Origin: Bacteroidia bacterium
Lineage (GTDB): Bacteria > Bacteroidota > Bacteroidia > 2-12-FULL-35-15
Assembly (NCBI GenBank): GCA_036399275.1
Contig: DASWNK010000084.1
Coordinates: 8,350-72,349 of the forward strand
Direction: 5' to 3'
Length of the DNA: 64,000 bases
Each line of letters starts with the position of its first letter. The stretch's first letter is position 1. Shown in pieces: positions 42,845 through 54,514 of this stretch. The notes under the pieces were generated by a model that ran no database searches, was not told where the DNA came from, and saw nothing but the letters and a program-made list of their open reading frames with translations. A program made the translations under genes and the position numbers.

Positions 42845-43027
42845 CTATAGTATCTCTTTACCCCGGGTTTCACCATTCTTTTCAGGATAAGTAATCGTTG
42901 CATTCTTCATCATTTTGTTAATCCGAATCAGCTGCATAAGAATTCTAAACCGTTCTTCATGCGTTCGGTTAAGACGGATTTGAAACAGCTCTTCTTCCGA
43001 ATAAAAAATGCCTTTTTTGATGGTCAT
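42845..43027 (-). CDS. Small hypothetical protein (60 aa)
   Basis: The ORF exactly fills the gap between the bidirectional terminator and the gatB upstream region. No motif was recognised. Confidence 0.3.
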   Translation of the reverse strand: MTIKKGIFYSEEELFQIRLNRTHEERFRILMQLIRINKMMKNATITYPEKNGETRGKEIL

Positions 43028-43146
43028 TTTAATGATTGATTAAAGCTCAAAATTACAAAGTAATCCGCAAAATCTTCGCTATTTTCATCCCTTCCAGCGT
43101 CCATTTTTTTCGTATCTTTCGCGCTTTAAATAAGCATTCATAAAAA

Positions 43147-44595
43147 ATGAGCATTTACGATAAATACGAAGCTGTAATTGGTTTAGAAGTCCACGCACAA
43201 TTGTCGACCAGGAGCAAAGCATATTCCAGCGATTCTACCGAATTCGGTGTATTGCCGAACACCAATGTTAGTCCGACCTCTTTAGGTCATCCCGGCACTT
43301 TGCCCAAAGCAAATAAACGTGTCATCGAATATGCTGTTCGTTTAGGATTGGCTTGCAAAAGCAATATCCGTGAGTTGAACGAATATGCCCGCAAAAATTA
43401 TTTTTATGCCGATCTTCCGAAAGGCTACCAGATCACACAGGATAAAACACCTATCTGCACCGGAGGATTCATTTCCATCAAAATGAGCGATGGCTCTGAA
43501 AAGCATATCAACATCACCCGCATTCACATGGAAGAAGATGCCGGCAAAAGCATCCATGATATGGACCCTTTTGATACGCTCATCGATTTAAACAGAGCTG
43601 GTGTTCCGTTGGTGGAGATCGTGAGTGAGCCGGACCTGCGCAGCGGAGAAGAAGCCTACCAGTATTTATTGGAAGTTCGCAAGCTCGTTCGTTACCTCGA
43701 TATTTGCGATGGAAACATGGAAGAAGGAAGTTTGCGTTGTGATGCCAACGTATCTGTGAGATTGAAAGGCGCTAAAGAATTCGGCAAAAGAACAGAAACA
43801 AAAAACATGAACTCAATGCGAAATGTACAACGCGCCATTGAGTATGAAATAAAACGTCAGATCGAAGAGATCGAAAAAGGAAATGAGATCTCACAGGATA
43901 CCATGGGCTTTGATGCCGTTGCCGGAATCACTTACCTGATGAGAAGCAAAGAAATGGCGAACGATTACCGCTACTTTCCGGAACCGGATCTTCAGCCGGT
44001 AGTGGTGACAACCGAATACATTGAAAATGTAAAGAAGTCGCTACCACCATTACCAAATGAGCTGTTTAAAAAATACCTTTCATTGGGACTATCGTCCTAT
44101 GATGCAGGAGTGCTTACCGACTCCAAAGAGCTTGCTTTGTATTTTGAAGAAATCCTCGTTAATACAAAGAATGCAAAATCGGCATCCAACTGGTTAACGG
44201 TTCAGATAAAATCATATTTGAACGACAGCGCTTTGCATATTTCTGATTTTAAGATCACGCCTCAGCGTATTGCCGAGCTGGTGAACTTCATCGACAGTGG
44301 TAAAGTGAGTCATACCATCGCCACACAGAAAATATTTCCAAAGATGATGGAAGACCTTTCCAAATCTGCAGCCGACATTGCAACAGAAAATAACTGGATA
44401 CAAGAAAGCGACAGCGGTGCCTTAACCGAATTTGTGAATCAGGCAATTGCTAAATTCCCCGATAAGGTAGTAGAATACAAAAATGGAAAAACAACCTTGC
44501 TTGGATTGTTCATGGGAGAAGTAATGAAACTTTCGAAAGGAAAAGCCGATCCGAAAATGGCAACCGAGTTAGTAAAAGAAATGCTTGAAAAATAA
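43147..44595 (+). CDS. gatB: Asp-tRNA(Asn)/Glu-tRNA(Gln) amidotransferase subunit B
   Basis: 482 aa. The motifs are YEAVIGLEVHAQL, RIHMEEDAGK, NRAGVPLVEIVSEPD and CDANVSVR, with a C-terminal YqeY-like tail. Confidence 0.95.
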   Translation: MSIYDKYEAVIGLEVHAQLSTRSKAYSSDSTEFGVLPNTNVSPTSLGHPGTLPKANKRVIEYAVRLGLACKSNIRELNEYARKNYFYADLPKGYQITQDKTPICTGGFISIKMSDGSEKHINITRIHMEEDAGKSIHDMDPFDTLIDLNRAGVPLVEIVSEPDLRSGEEAYQYLLEVRKLVRYLDICDGNMEEGSLRCDANVSVRLKGAKEFGKRTETKNMNSMRNVQRAIEYEIKRQIEEIEKGNEISQDTMGFDAVAGITYLMRSKEMANDYRYFPEPDLQPVVVTTEYIENVKKSLPPLPNELFKKYLSLGLSSYDAGVLTDSKELALYFEEILVNTKNAKSASNWLTVQIKSYLNDSALHISDFKITPQRIAELVNFIDSGKVSHTIATQKIFPKMMEDLSKSAADIATENNWIQESDSGALTEFVNQAIAKFPDKVVEYKNGKTTLLGLFMGEVMKLSKGKADPKMATELVKEMLEK

Positions 44596-44610
44596 TTAAT
44601 TGATTTCCCA

Positions 44611-45747
44611 ATGAAAACATCCATCTTATACCTGGCGTTCCCGATTCTATTGTTATCGGCATGTTCAGGCGGCAATTCAGAATCCGAAGCAGGATTCGAA
44701 TTAAAAGGAAAACTAGGCAATGCACATGGCGACACATTGTACCTGGAGCAAATGGCAACCGACGGACTGATAAAAGTGGATACCGCGATCCTGGATGAGA
44801 ACGGGGAATTCACAATGAATCCAACCATAAAAGAGATCGGATTTTATCGCTTGAAAACAAACGACCGGAACTTCGCCACTTTTATTTTTGATGTGAATCA
44901 GAAAGTTAATATCTCCGGCGATGTGGCCGATCTTGGAAACTCATACACGGTAGAAGGCTCACCCGATTCAAAATTATTCTGGGAAATTAACCAGGTATCT
45001 GCCGACAATTATCGCAAGCGCGATTCTCTTCAAAAAATATTTCAGGCATTCGTAAACATCACTAAAATGGATTCCATCCGCATCGACTCCATGAGTGATG
45101 CATTGGAAAAACCATATACAGAATTAGTGGATGTGCATAATCAGTACCTGAAAAACTTCATCGAAAAGAATTCTTCTTCTTTTGCAGCACTTGCCGCTAT
45201 CCAACAATTACCACCGGAAGAATTCATGGACACCTATTTTAAACTGGATGAAGGCTTGTATGCTAAATATCCTGCATCTCCTTACATCAAAGCCTTTCAC
45301 GAAGGCGTTGCCGCCAGCAAAAAAATAGCGCCGGGAACAATGGCACCGGAAATTAATATGAATACACCCGAAGAAAAGCCATTGGCACTTTCTTCCTTAC
45401 GAGGAAAAGTTGTACTGATCGATTTCTGGGCATCGTGGTGCGGACCATGCAGAGCAGAGAACCCGAATGTGGTGAAAGCTTATAACAAATACAAATCGAA
45501 AGGATTCGATATTTACAGTGTGTCGCTTGATAAGGACATGGACAAATGGAAACAAGCCATCATGGCCGATAAGCTAAGCTGGAAAAGCCATGTATGCGAT
45601 TTTAAATTCTGGCAATCGCCTGTTGTGGCATTGTATAACTTCAATTCCATACCTACCAATGTATTGATCGATAAAGAAGGAAAGATCATTGCTAAGAACC
45701 TTCGCGGTGAAGAGCTGGATAAAAAACTGGAAGAACTCTTTAAGTAA
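44611..45747 (+). CDS. TlpA-like thioredoxin-fold lipoprotein (thiol:disulfide oxidoreductase / AhpC-TSA family)
   Basis: 378 aa with the lipobox LSAC. The redox motif is WASWCGPC. An N-terminal beta-rich extension is present. Confidence 0.8.
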   Translation: MKTSILYLAFPILLLSACSGGNSESEAGFELKGKLGNAHGDTLYLEQMATDGLIKVDTAILDENGEFTMNPTIKEIGFYRLKTNDRNFATFIFDVNQKVNISGDVADLGNSYTVEGSPDSKLFWEINQVSADNYRKRDSLQKIFQAFVNITKMDSIRIDSMSDALEKPYTELVDVHNQYLKNFIEKNSSSFAALAAIQQLPPEEFMDTYFKLDEGLYAKYPASPYIKAFHEGVAASKKIAPGTMAPEINMNTPEEKPLALSSLRGKVVLIDFWASWCGPCRAENPNVVKAYNKYKSKGFDIYSVSLDKDMDKWKQAIMADKLSWKSHVCDFKFWQSPVVALYNFNSIPTNVLIDKEGKIIAKNLRGEELDKKLEELFK

Positions 45748-45752
45748 ACGTT

Positions 45753-48700
45753 ATGAAACATTTTTACTCACTCATTGCTGTATCTCTATTTTTCTCTAAC
45801 CTCTCTGCTCAAACTTATTTTCAGCAGGAAGTGAATTACACCATCAGCGTAAAGCTCGACGATGTAAAAAATGAATTGAACGGCGATGAAAGCATTGAGT
45901 ATATCAACAACTCGCCTGCGGATCTTACATTCATCTATATGCATTTATGGGCAAATGCTTACAAGGATAACTCCACAGCACTTGCCAAACAGATGGTGAA
46001 CGGCGGCAATACCAAATTGTATTATGCCAAAGAGGAAGACAAAGGCTATATCGATCAGATCGATTTTAAAGTGAACGGGCAAACTGCTAAATGGGAGTTA
46101 CTAAAAGACAGCATCGACATTTGTAAACTATACCTGAATGAACCTTTAAAAAGCGGGGGCAAGATAACCATCACTACTCCTTTTCATATTAAAATTCCTT
46201 CCGGGGAAATTTCCAGAATGGGACATATCGGACAATCCTACCAAATTACACAGTGGTATCCTAAGCCAGCGGTATACGACAGAAATGGCTGGAACCAGAT
46301 GCCTTATTTAAACCAGGGAGAATTCTATTCAGAGTTCGGCAGCTTTGATGTAAGCATCACGCTTCCGAAAAATTATGTGCTTGGTGCAACCGGCGATATG
46401 GTGGATGGAGAAAAAGAATTGGAATGGCTGGAGGAAAATGTAAAAGCCACCGAAGCGATTACCACCTTCGATACAAAAGACTTAAGCTTTCCTGCATCGG
46501 ATGCAGAAACAAAAACTCTGCGCTTCAAACAAAAAAACGTGCATGACTTCGCCTGGTTTTGCGATAAGCGATACCATGTTCTGAAGGGCGAAGTAATTAC
46601 TCCGCATACAAAAAACAAAGTGACTACCTGGGTAATGTTCACCAATGCAGAAGGGAATTTATGGAAGAACAGCATTCCGTACATGAATGATGCGATCTAT
46701 TATTATTCGCTTTGGAACGGTGATTACCCTTACGCTCATTGCACTGCTGTTGATGGCACTATCAGCGCCGGCGGTGGAATGGAATACCCCAACATCACCG
46801 TGATCGGCGCTTCAGGAAATGCTTTTATGCTCGACGTGGTGATCACGCACGAAGTTGGACATAACTGGTTTTACGGAATGCTGGGATCTAACGAAAGAGA
46901 ACACGGTTGGCTGGATGAAGGATTGAACTCCTTTAATGAAAACAGGTATATCGAAACCAAATATCCGGATCAGAAACTGCTGGGTAACGTTGCAGATGGC
47001 CCTATCGGAAAAGCATTTGATCTGCAGCGCTACAAACATAAAACCCAATACGATCTTTCGTATCTATTTTCTGCTGCCAGAAATGAAGACCAGCCGATAG
47101 AAACACCTTCCTATGATTACACTTCCATTAACTACGGCGGAATTGTATATTCTAAAACAGCCATTGTGATGGATTACCTGATGGCATATCTGGGTGAAGA
47201 GGAAATGAACAAAGTGATGCAAGCGTATTTTGATGAATGGCATTTCAAGCATCCAATGCCGGAAGACTTCAGAAGATCGGTAGAAAAAACAACGGGCAAA
47301 AATCTAAGCTGGCTATTCGATGATCTGATTAAGACCACCAAGAAGCTCGATTACAAAGTAACCTTCGTTCATAAAAATTCTAATGGCTCCTGGGATATCG
47401 GTGTGAAGAACAAAGGCGGCATTGCAGGACCTGTTTTTATACAAGGAATGAAGGATGGCAAGCTGATCGGTGAAGTGATGTACGATGGCTTCAAAGGAAA
47501 ACAGGCTTTATCGTTCCCCGTTGCCAGCATTGATTATTTCAAGATCGACCTGAGGGAAGACATGCCGGAGATCAGCAGAAACAATAATCGGATCAGGACA
47601 AAAGGTCTGTTCAAAAAAATCGAGCCGCTTAAATTACAATTTTTAGGCAGCCTTGACAATCCAGATAAAAGTCAGCTTTTCTGGACACCTGTTGCAGGTT
47701 GGAACAACTATAACAAATGGATGTTTGGGGTTGCGGTGTATAACAATATTTTCCCTCAGAAGAAATTCGAATTTGAATTGATGCCATTGCTCAGCTACAG
47801 CACACAGGACTTTGCAGGCTACGGGCACATCGCTTATAATATCTTTCCGAACAGTGCATTTCAACGCATCACGCTGGGCATCTCAGGAGCCCGCTATGCT
47901 TATTCCAACGATCCCTTCGATTTGAATTTTAACAAGATCGCACCGGAATTAACCTTGCAATTTAAAAAAGCCAAGCTAACCAACCCATATAATTTCACGA
48001 TCCGTTATCGCAATATCACGATCATAGAAGATGGTTATAAAGGAAAGTTCGAATTCACTCCTCCCGTTTATTCTCCTACAACCATCACCACTAATTTCAA
48101 TGATGTTAATTTCACTTTAGAGAAGTCGGATGCGATCACTCCTTTTAATGTCAATCTGAATGTACAGCAAGGACAGAACATTCTTAAAACCGGCTTGACC
48201 TTTAAATACTCTTTCAATTTCAAAAAGAAAAACAAAGGAATTGATGTTCGTTTCTTTGCGGGAACATTCATCGGCACTAATGCCGCCGATGCAGGGCCAT
48301 ACCGTTTCCGACTGAGCGGACAGCGTGGTTACCAGGATTATTTATATGACAATGTGTTTTTAGGCAGAACAGAAACAGAAGGGGTGCTTGCATCTCAGTT
48401 CACGGAAACAGACGGAGGGTTTAAATTTTATTCTCCATTGGGGCAATCTTCACAATGGGTAACCGCTTTGAACATTAAATCGTCTTTAGGTAATATGAAG
48501 ATCCCTCTGCGATTGTATGCAGATATCGGAACAAGTGCTTCCGACGGGATCAGCAAAGAAGATGTTTTGTACAATGCAGGAATTTGCCTCTCGTTTAAAA
48601 AAGACGTGTTTGAAATTTATTTCCCTTTATTGATCTCCCAGGATTTCAAAGATTATAAAGAAGCGAATGGCCTTGAATATCCTGAAACAATCCGATTCAC

Positions 48701-48755
48701 ACTGAACCTGAACCTTGTCAATCCATTTAAATTAATACGGGAGTTTTCCTTATAA
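45753..48755 (+). CDS. M1-family zinc metallopeptidase (aminopeptidase N-like) with large C-terminal extension
   Basis: 1000 aa with a signal peptide. The gluzincin motif is HEVGHNWFYG followed by WLDEGL 18 residues later. Confidence 0.8.
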   Translation: MKHFYSLIAVSLFFSNLSAQTYFQQEVNYTISVKLDDVKNELNGDESIEYINNSPADLTFIYMHLWANAYKDNSTALAKQMVNGGNTKLYYAKEEDKGYIDQIDFKVNGQTAKWELLKDSIDICKLYLNEPLKSGGKITITTPFHIKIPSGEISRMGHIGQSYQITQWYPKPAVYDRNGWNQMPYLNQGEFYSEFGSFDVSITLPKNYVLGATGDMVDGEKELEWLEENVKATEAITTFDTKDLSFPASDAETKTLRFKQKNVHDFAWFCDKRYHVLKGEVITPHTKNKVTTWVMFTNAEGNLWKNSIPYMNDAIYYYSLWNGDYPYAHCTAVDGTISAGGGMEYPNITVIGASGNAFMLDVVITHEVGHNWFYGMLGSNEREHGWLDEGLNSFNENRYIETKYPDQKLLGNVADGPIGKAFDLQRYKHKTQYDLSYLFSAARNEDQPIETPSYDYTSINYGGIVYSKTAIVMDYLMAYLGEEEMNKVMQAYFDEWHFKHPMPEDFRRSVEKTTGKNLSWLFDDLIKTTKKLDYKVTFVHKNSNGSWDIGVKNKGGIAGPVFIQGMKDGKLIGEVMYDGFKGKQALSFPVASIDYFKIDLREDMPEISRNNNRIRTKGLFKKIEPLKLQFLGSLDNPDKSQLFWTPVAGWNNYNKWMFGVAVYNNIFPQKKFEFELMPLLSYSTQDFAGYGHIAYNIFPNSAFQRITLGISGARYAYSNDPFDLNFNKIAPELTLQFKKAKLTNPYNFTIRYRNITIIEDGYKGKFEFTPPVYSPTTITTNFNDVNFTLEKSDAITPFNVNLNVQQGQNILKTGLTFKYSFNFKKKNKGIDVRFFAGTFIGTNAADAGPYRFRLSGQRGYQDYLYDNVFLGRTETEGVLASQFTETDGGFKFYSPLGQSSQWVTALNIKSSLGNMKIPLRLYADIGTSASDGISKEDVLYNAGICLSFKKDVFEIYFPLLISQDFKDYKEANGLEYPETIRFTLNLNLVNPFKLIREFSL

Positions 48756-48756
48756 A

Positions 48757-49506
48757 TTGAGCAGCAATAAAAAAATATACTTCGCCTCTGATTTTCATTT
48801 AGGTGTCCCCAGCTACGAAAAAAGTTTGCTGCGGGAAAAATACATTGTAAAATGGCTGGATGAAATAAAGCAAGATGCTTCGGAAATTTATCTGATGGGC
48901 GATGTGTTTGATTTTTGGTTTGAATATAAATACACAGCTCCAAAAGGATTCGTCCGCTTACTCGGCAAGATTGCAGAGATCGTTGATTCCGGAATTCCAA
49001 TCACCCTCTTCACGGGCAATCACGATATGTGGATGTTTGATTATCTCTCCACCGAATTGGGAGTAACCATTCAGCGCAAACCGATCACCCGCGAATACAA
49101 TGGAAAGAAATTCTATTTAGGCCATGGCGATGGATTAGGACCTGGCGACAATGGCTACAAATTCATCAAAAAGGTATTTGCAAACAAAGCCTGCCAATGG
49201 CTCTTTGCGCGCATTCATCCAAACCTTGGAATGGGTGTTGGAAATTACTGGTCGAAAAAAAGCAGGCTGTCCAACGGTCCGAAAGATGAACAATATGGCG
49301 GCGACGATAACGAGTGGCTGGCGATCTATTCAAAAGAAGTATTGAAAAAAGAACATTTCGATTATTTTATATTTGGTCACCGTCATTTGCCTTTGGATAT
49401 AAAGCTCAACGATAAAAGTCGTTATATAAACCTCGGCGAATGGGTGAATTACAATACTTATGCAGTGTTCGACGGGCAGAACCTGGAACTGAAAGTTTAT
49501 AAATAA
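48757..49506 (+). CDS. lpxH: UDP-2,3-diacylglucosamine diphosphatase
   Basis: 249 aa with a TTG start. The calcineurin-like metallophosphoesterase motifs are FASDFHLG, GDVFDFW, GNHD and GHGD. Confidence 0.7.
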   Translation: MSSNKKIYFASDFHLGVPSYEKSLLREKYIVKWLDEIKQDASEIYLMGDVFDFWFEYKYTAPKGFVRLLGKIAEIVDSGIPITLFTGNHDMWMFDYLSTELGVTIQRKPITREYNGKKFYLGHGDGLGPGDNGYKFIKKVFANKACQWLFARIHPNLGMGVGNYWSKKSRLSNGPKDEQYGGDDNEWLAIYSKEVLKKEHFDYFIFGHRHLPLDIKLNDKSRYINLGEWVNYNTYAVFDGQNLELKVYK

Positions 49507-49548
49507 AAAACTAAGGGCCGCGAATTTCTCGAATTTCACAAATTCTGA

Positions 49549-51945
49549 ATGAAAAAATTCAACAACTATATTCGTGTTAATTTATGTAACCCCGGGCAAA
49601 AAAATCTGCACTTATCGATCATCAACGCTTTCTGCTGCAAAGCAATTACACTCCTTGTCATTGTCTTCCTCCTATTTGCAGGCGCCGCCGAAGCGCAGAC
49701 ACTCACACAAACAATCCGCGGAAACATCGTTGATACTGATACAAAAAAACCAATTGAAGGTGCTTCAATTACGGTTCGCCATTCTGAACCATTAAAAACA
49801 GCAAGCTCCGATGCGAACGGACAATTTCGTTTGAATAGTATCGCTGTAGGCAGATATGATCTTAAAATATCCTCCACTGGATATGAAGACAGGCTCATCT
49901 CCAGCCTGTTCATTAAATCGGGCAAAGAAACGGTATTGACGATTGAGCTACAATCCGCCATTGTAAATTTAAAAGTCGTGGAAATTAATAACAAGCCGAC
50001 CGTGCAAAATGAAATGGCGACGGTGAGTGCACGTTCATTCTCAGTAGAAGAAACAAAAAGATACCCGGCGAGCATTAACGATCCGGCAAGAATGGTAATG
50101 TCGTATGCAGGTGTTACCAGCGGTTACGACCGCGACAATGCAATCATCATCCGCGGAAATTCGCCAAAAGGATTGCTGTGGATGCTGGAAGGCGTTGAAG
50201 TCCCCAGCCCTAACCATTTCTCTGCAACCGGTTCTTCCAGCGGATCAGTAAGCATGTTGAGCAGCACTGTGCTTGCCAATTCTGATTTTTTCACAGGAGC
50301 ATTTCCGGCAGGTTATGGGAATGCAACATCGGGAGTGTTTGATATAAAGCTGAGAAACGGCAACAATGAAAAAAGGGAATACACAATACAAGCGGGCTTC
50401 CTCGGCGTGGACGTTGGCGCAGAAGGTCCATTTAAAAAAGGGAAAGGTGCTTCCTATTTATTCAACTACCGTTATTCCAGCACTTCCATCTTCAAAAAAC
50501 TCGGCTACGAAATACAAGGTGATGCCATTCCGTTGTTTCAGGATCTATCTTTTAAGCTGTTCTTTCCAAGTAAAAAAGCGGGGTTGTTTTCAGTTTACGG
50601 ATTGGGCGGATTAAGCACTGTGTCGCAACAGATCAGGAATAAAAAAGAAAGCTACGATTACAATATTGGAGTGGCCGGAATCACCCATCAATATGCACTG
50701 AGGTCGAACACCGTTTTGAAAACCAACATTTCCTTTTCCGATAAAAGCATTCAATACCGTTCCGAACAAAAAAATGCCTTTAACACTTTTCAATATTACC
50801 GTTCGGATTTTACAGATTATTCCCTGAACTTTTCCATGAATATCACTTCCCGCATCAATACAAAAAATGTAATAAAAGGAGGGATCACCTACAGCAACTT
50901 ATTCTATAATTATTTTGCAGAAGATTATTATTCCTTCTCCCCTACCCGTTATATTCATTTAAATGAAGAAGACAACACCGACCTGACCCAGGCTTATTGC
51001 TCCTGGAAATACAGGATCAACAGTAAGCTTACGTTAGTCAATGGTGTTCATTTCATTCGGCTTGGATTGAACAACCGTTACTCCATCGAACCCAGAAATG
51101 CCATCAAATGGGAGTTCGGCAAAAACCAATCCCTGAGCTTTGGGTTCGGAATGCACAGCAAAACGGAGCCTTTGCAGACTTACCTGGATAAGACTGTGAT
51201 TATAAGAGATACCTTGCAGCTAAACCATGATTTGGATTTTAGCCGATCACGACATTATATCATCAGCTACGACAAAGCATTTACCGAAAACCTGTTTTTT
51301 AAAGCAGAAGCATATTACCAGGAGCTTTATAACATTCCTGTTTCGGAAGACACTACCAGCAGCTTTTCTGCCCTGAATAATTCTGATGGATATTTTTATG
51401 GCAAGCTGCTGAGCACAGGAACCGGAACAAACTATGGTATTGAACTAACGATCGACAAGAAATTTTACAAGACCTATTTCTTTTTGATCACTGCATCCTT
51501 GTTCGAATCGAAATACAAGGGTGCAGATAAAAAGGAACGCAACACGGCTTTCAATACCAACTATGTCGGCAACCTGGTGATCGGAAAGGAATTGTGGCTC
51601 GACAAAAAGAAAAAGAACATTCTCAATACGAGTTTACGCGGTAACTGGACAGGGGGACGAAGATATACACCGATCGACCTGGAGAAATCAAAGTATTATA
51701 ATACGGAAATCTTGAAAAAAGACGAAGCCTTCTCTGCAAAGATGGATGATTACTATCGGATAGATCTGCAAATCGGGTATATCCACAATCACGCGAAGTT
51801 CAGCAGTGAATTACGATTGGATATTCAGAATCTTACCAATAGAAAGAATGTGTATAGTATCTATTATGATGCTTCCGATGAGGAAATCAAAGAAACTTAC
51901 CAGTTGGGACTCATTCCTGTATTAAGTTACAGAATTGAATTCTAA
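49549..51945 (+). CDS. TonB-dependent receptor with N-terminal carboxypeptidase-regulatory-like domain
   Basis: 798 aa. The CarbopepD_reg-like start is IRGNIVDTDTKKPIEGASITV. A plug region (NDPARMV...IIRGNSP) is followed by a long beta-barrel ending in a C-terminal Phe. Confidence 0.8.
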   Translation: MKKFNNYIRVNLCNPGQKNLHLSIINAFCCKAITLLVIVFLLFAGAAEAQTLTQTIRGNIVDTDTKKPIEGASITVRHSEPLKTASSDANGQFRLNSIAVGRYDLKISSTGYEDRLISSLFIKSGKETVLTIELQSAIVNLKVVEINNKPTVQNEMATVSARSFSVEETKRYPASINDPARMVMSYAGVTSGYDRDNAIIIRGNSPKGLLWMLEGVEVPSPNHFSATGSSSGSVSMLSSTVLANSDFFTGAFPAGYGNATSGVFDIKLRNGNNEKREYTIQAGFLGVDVGAEGPFKKGKGASYLFNYRYSSTSIFKKLGYEIQGDAIPLFQDLSFKLFFPSKKAGLFSVYGLGGLSTVSQQIRNKKESYDYNIGVAGITHQYALRSNTVLKTNISFSDKSIQYRSEQKNAFNTFQYYRSDFTDYSLNFSMNITSRINTKNVIKGGITYSNLFYNYFAEDYYSFSPTRYIHLNEEDNTDLTQAYCSWKYRINSKLTLVNGVHFIRLGLNNRYSIEPRNAIKWEFGKNQSLSFGFGMHSKTEPLQTYLDKTVIIRDTLQLNHDLDFSRSRHYIISYDKAFTENLFFKAEAYYQELYNIPVSEDTTSSFSALNNSDGYFYGKLLSTGTGTNYGIELTIDKKFYKTYFFLITASLFESKYKGADKKERNTAFNTNYVGNLVIGKELWLDKKKKNILNTSLRGNWTGGRRYTPIDLEKSKYYNTEILKKDEAFSAKMDDYYRIDLQIGYIHNHAKFSSELRLDIQNLTNRKNVYSIYYDASDEEIKETYQLGLIPVLSYRIEF

Positions 51946-51989
51946 GCTCCTCCGCTTTCTGTCCCATCCATTCCGAAACCCTAAACGAG

Positions 51990-52304
51990 AAAACATCTTG
52001 CCTTGGCGTGAAAGATATCTTCCACGTCTCTGAAGACATCTGAACCGTCATTAAAGACATCTTCCGTGACGGGGAAGACATCTTCAGTGTCATCGAAGAC
52101 ATCTAAACTGTCATTAAAGATATCTTTTGTGACGGGAAAGACATCTTCTGTGTCATTAAAGATATTCGAACCGTCATTGAAGATATCTTCCGTGACGGGG
52201 AAGACATCTGAACTGTCATTAAAGACATCTAAACCGTCATAAAAGACATCTTCCGTAGCATAGAAGATCTTTTCCCCGACGGAGAAGGCAGCTTCCACCG
52301 ATAA
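51990..52304. repeat. Tandem repeat, 15 perfectly phased copies of a 21-bp unit (consensus RAAGAYATCTnnnnnGTSAYnnn)
   Basis: I counted unit boundaries every 21 nt with no indels. Two alternating unit types give a 63-bp super-repeat. Several units contain the palindrome (G/A)AAGATATCTT(C/T). Confidence 0.9.
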
Positions 52305-52308
52305 AATG

Positions 52309-52341
52309 AAAAATAGAAAAGGCTAAGCACTCAGCTTAGCC
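52309..52341 (-). terminator. Rho-independent terminator of gap
   Basis: ggctaagc (52321-52328) pairs with gcttagcc (52334-52341) around a 5-nt loop. The - strand is T-rich after the hairpin. Confidence 0.65.
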
Positions 52342-52371
52342 TTTGTTCGAGATAGAAACAGAAATAACTTT

Positions 52372-53466
<1,095 letters not shown>

Positions 53467-53603
53467 TTAGTAAACAATTACCGGTTGGGATTTGTTCTTA
53501 ATACTTTTCGTGAAAATAAATGTCCGGGCACTGCGATCTGCTTATATAAAAAAAAGACCATACCGGCAGGTACAGTCTCATTTGTTGAAGTATTTTTCAT
53601 TTA

Positions 53604-54476
53604 TTAAAAGATATGCTTCTCAGCATGATAAGAAGATCTTACCAGCGGACCGCTCTCAACAAAACGGAATCCTTTTGCCAAGCCGATCTCTTTGTATTTC
53701 GCGAACACTTCCGGGCGCACAAATTCTTTTACCGGTAAATGTTTTGGCGTAGGCTGTAAATATTGTCCGAGTGTTAATACGTCACATCCAACTGCTCTCA
53801 GGTCATCCATTGTTTCGATCACCTCCGCCTCCAGTTCACCCAATCCCAGCATCACGCCGCATTTGGTTTTCACTCCTGCATCCTTCAATCGTTTTAGAAC
53901 TTCCAGGCTTCTGTCGTATTTTGCCTGGATACGCACTTCTTTTGTAAGTCGGCGTACCGTTTCCAGGTTATGCGAAACAATATCAGGCTTCACATCAATG
54001 ATGCGTTGCAGGTTTTCCCACTTCCCCTGAAAATCGGGAATGAGCGTTTCAAATTTTGTTTGAGGGCTTACTCTTCGGATAGCGTTAATGGTTTCTGCCC
54101 AAATTCCTGAACCACCATCTTTCAGATCATCACGGTCCACCGAAGTGATCACGCAATGTTTTACATTCATCAGCCGAACAGACTCCGCCACTCTTTCCGG
54201 TTCTTCCAGATCAACTGCTTTCGGGCGACCGGTTGCAACATTGCAAAAGCCGCAAGAGCGCGTACAAATATTTCCTAAGATCATGAAGGTGGCAGTACCT
54301 GCACCCCAGCATTCACCCATGTTTGGACAATTTCCGCTTTCGCAGATCGTGTGCAATTTATGCTCGGAGACAATCTTGCGCACCTCAGCATATTCTTTAC
54401 CGGTAGGCAACTTCACTCTCAGCCAATCAGGCTTGCGCTGAAACTTTCTTTCTTCTAATAGTGTATCTTCTGACAT
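53604..54476 (-). CDS. lipA: Lipoyl synthase
   Basis: 290 aa. The radical-SAM cluster motif is CTRSCGFC and the auxiliary cluster motif is [19 protein letters not shown] is present at the N-terminus. Confidence 0.95.
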   Translation of the reverse strand: MSEDTLLEERKFQRKPDWLRVKLPTGKEYAEVRKIVSEHKLHTICESGNCPNMGECWGAGTATFMILGNICTRSCGFCNVATGRPKAVDLEEPERVAESVRLMNVKHCVITSVDRDDLKDGGSGIWAETINAIRRVSPQTKFETLIPDFQGKWENLQRIIDVKPDIVSHNLETVRRLTKEVRIQAKYDRSLEVLKRLKDAGVKTKCGVMLGLGELEAEVIETMDDLRAVGCDVLTLGQYLQPTPKHLPVKEFVRPEVFAKYKEIGLAKGFRFVESGPLVRSSYHAEKHIF

Positions 54477-54514
54477 TGAAATTTTTGCTTTTTAACAGAC
54501 AAGGAGAGATTTTC

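Noticed and set aside
51911-52102. 63-aa minus-strand ORF overlapping the end of the TonB receptor gene and the 21-bp repeat
   Set aside because: It is a second open frame generated by the repeat itself (MSS/MTL-type low complexity) and overlaps a well-supported CDS. It has no independent support.
53492-53752. 86-aa + strand ORF in the gap-lipA intergenic region
   Set aside because: It overlaps the 3' end of lipA in antisense, and its remainder is AT-rich intergenic sequence containing the gap upstream region. It has no motif.
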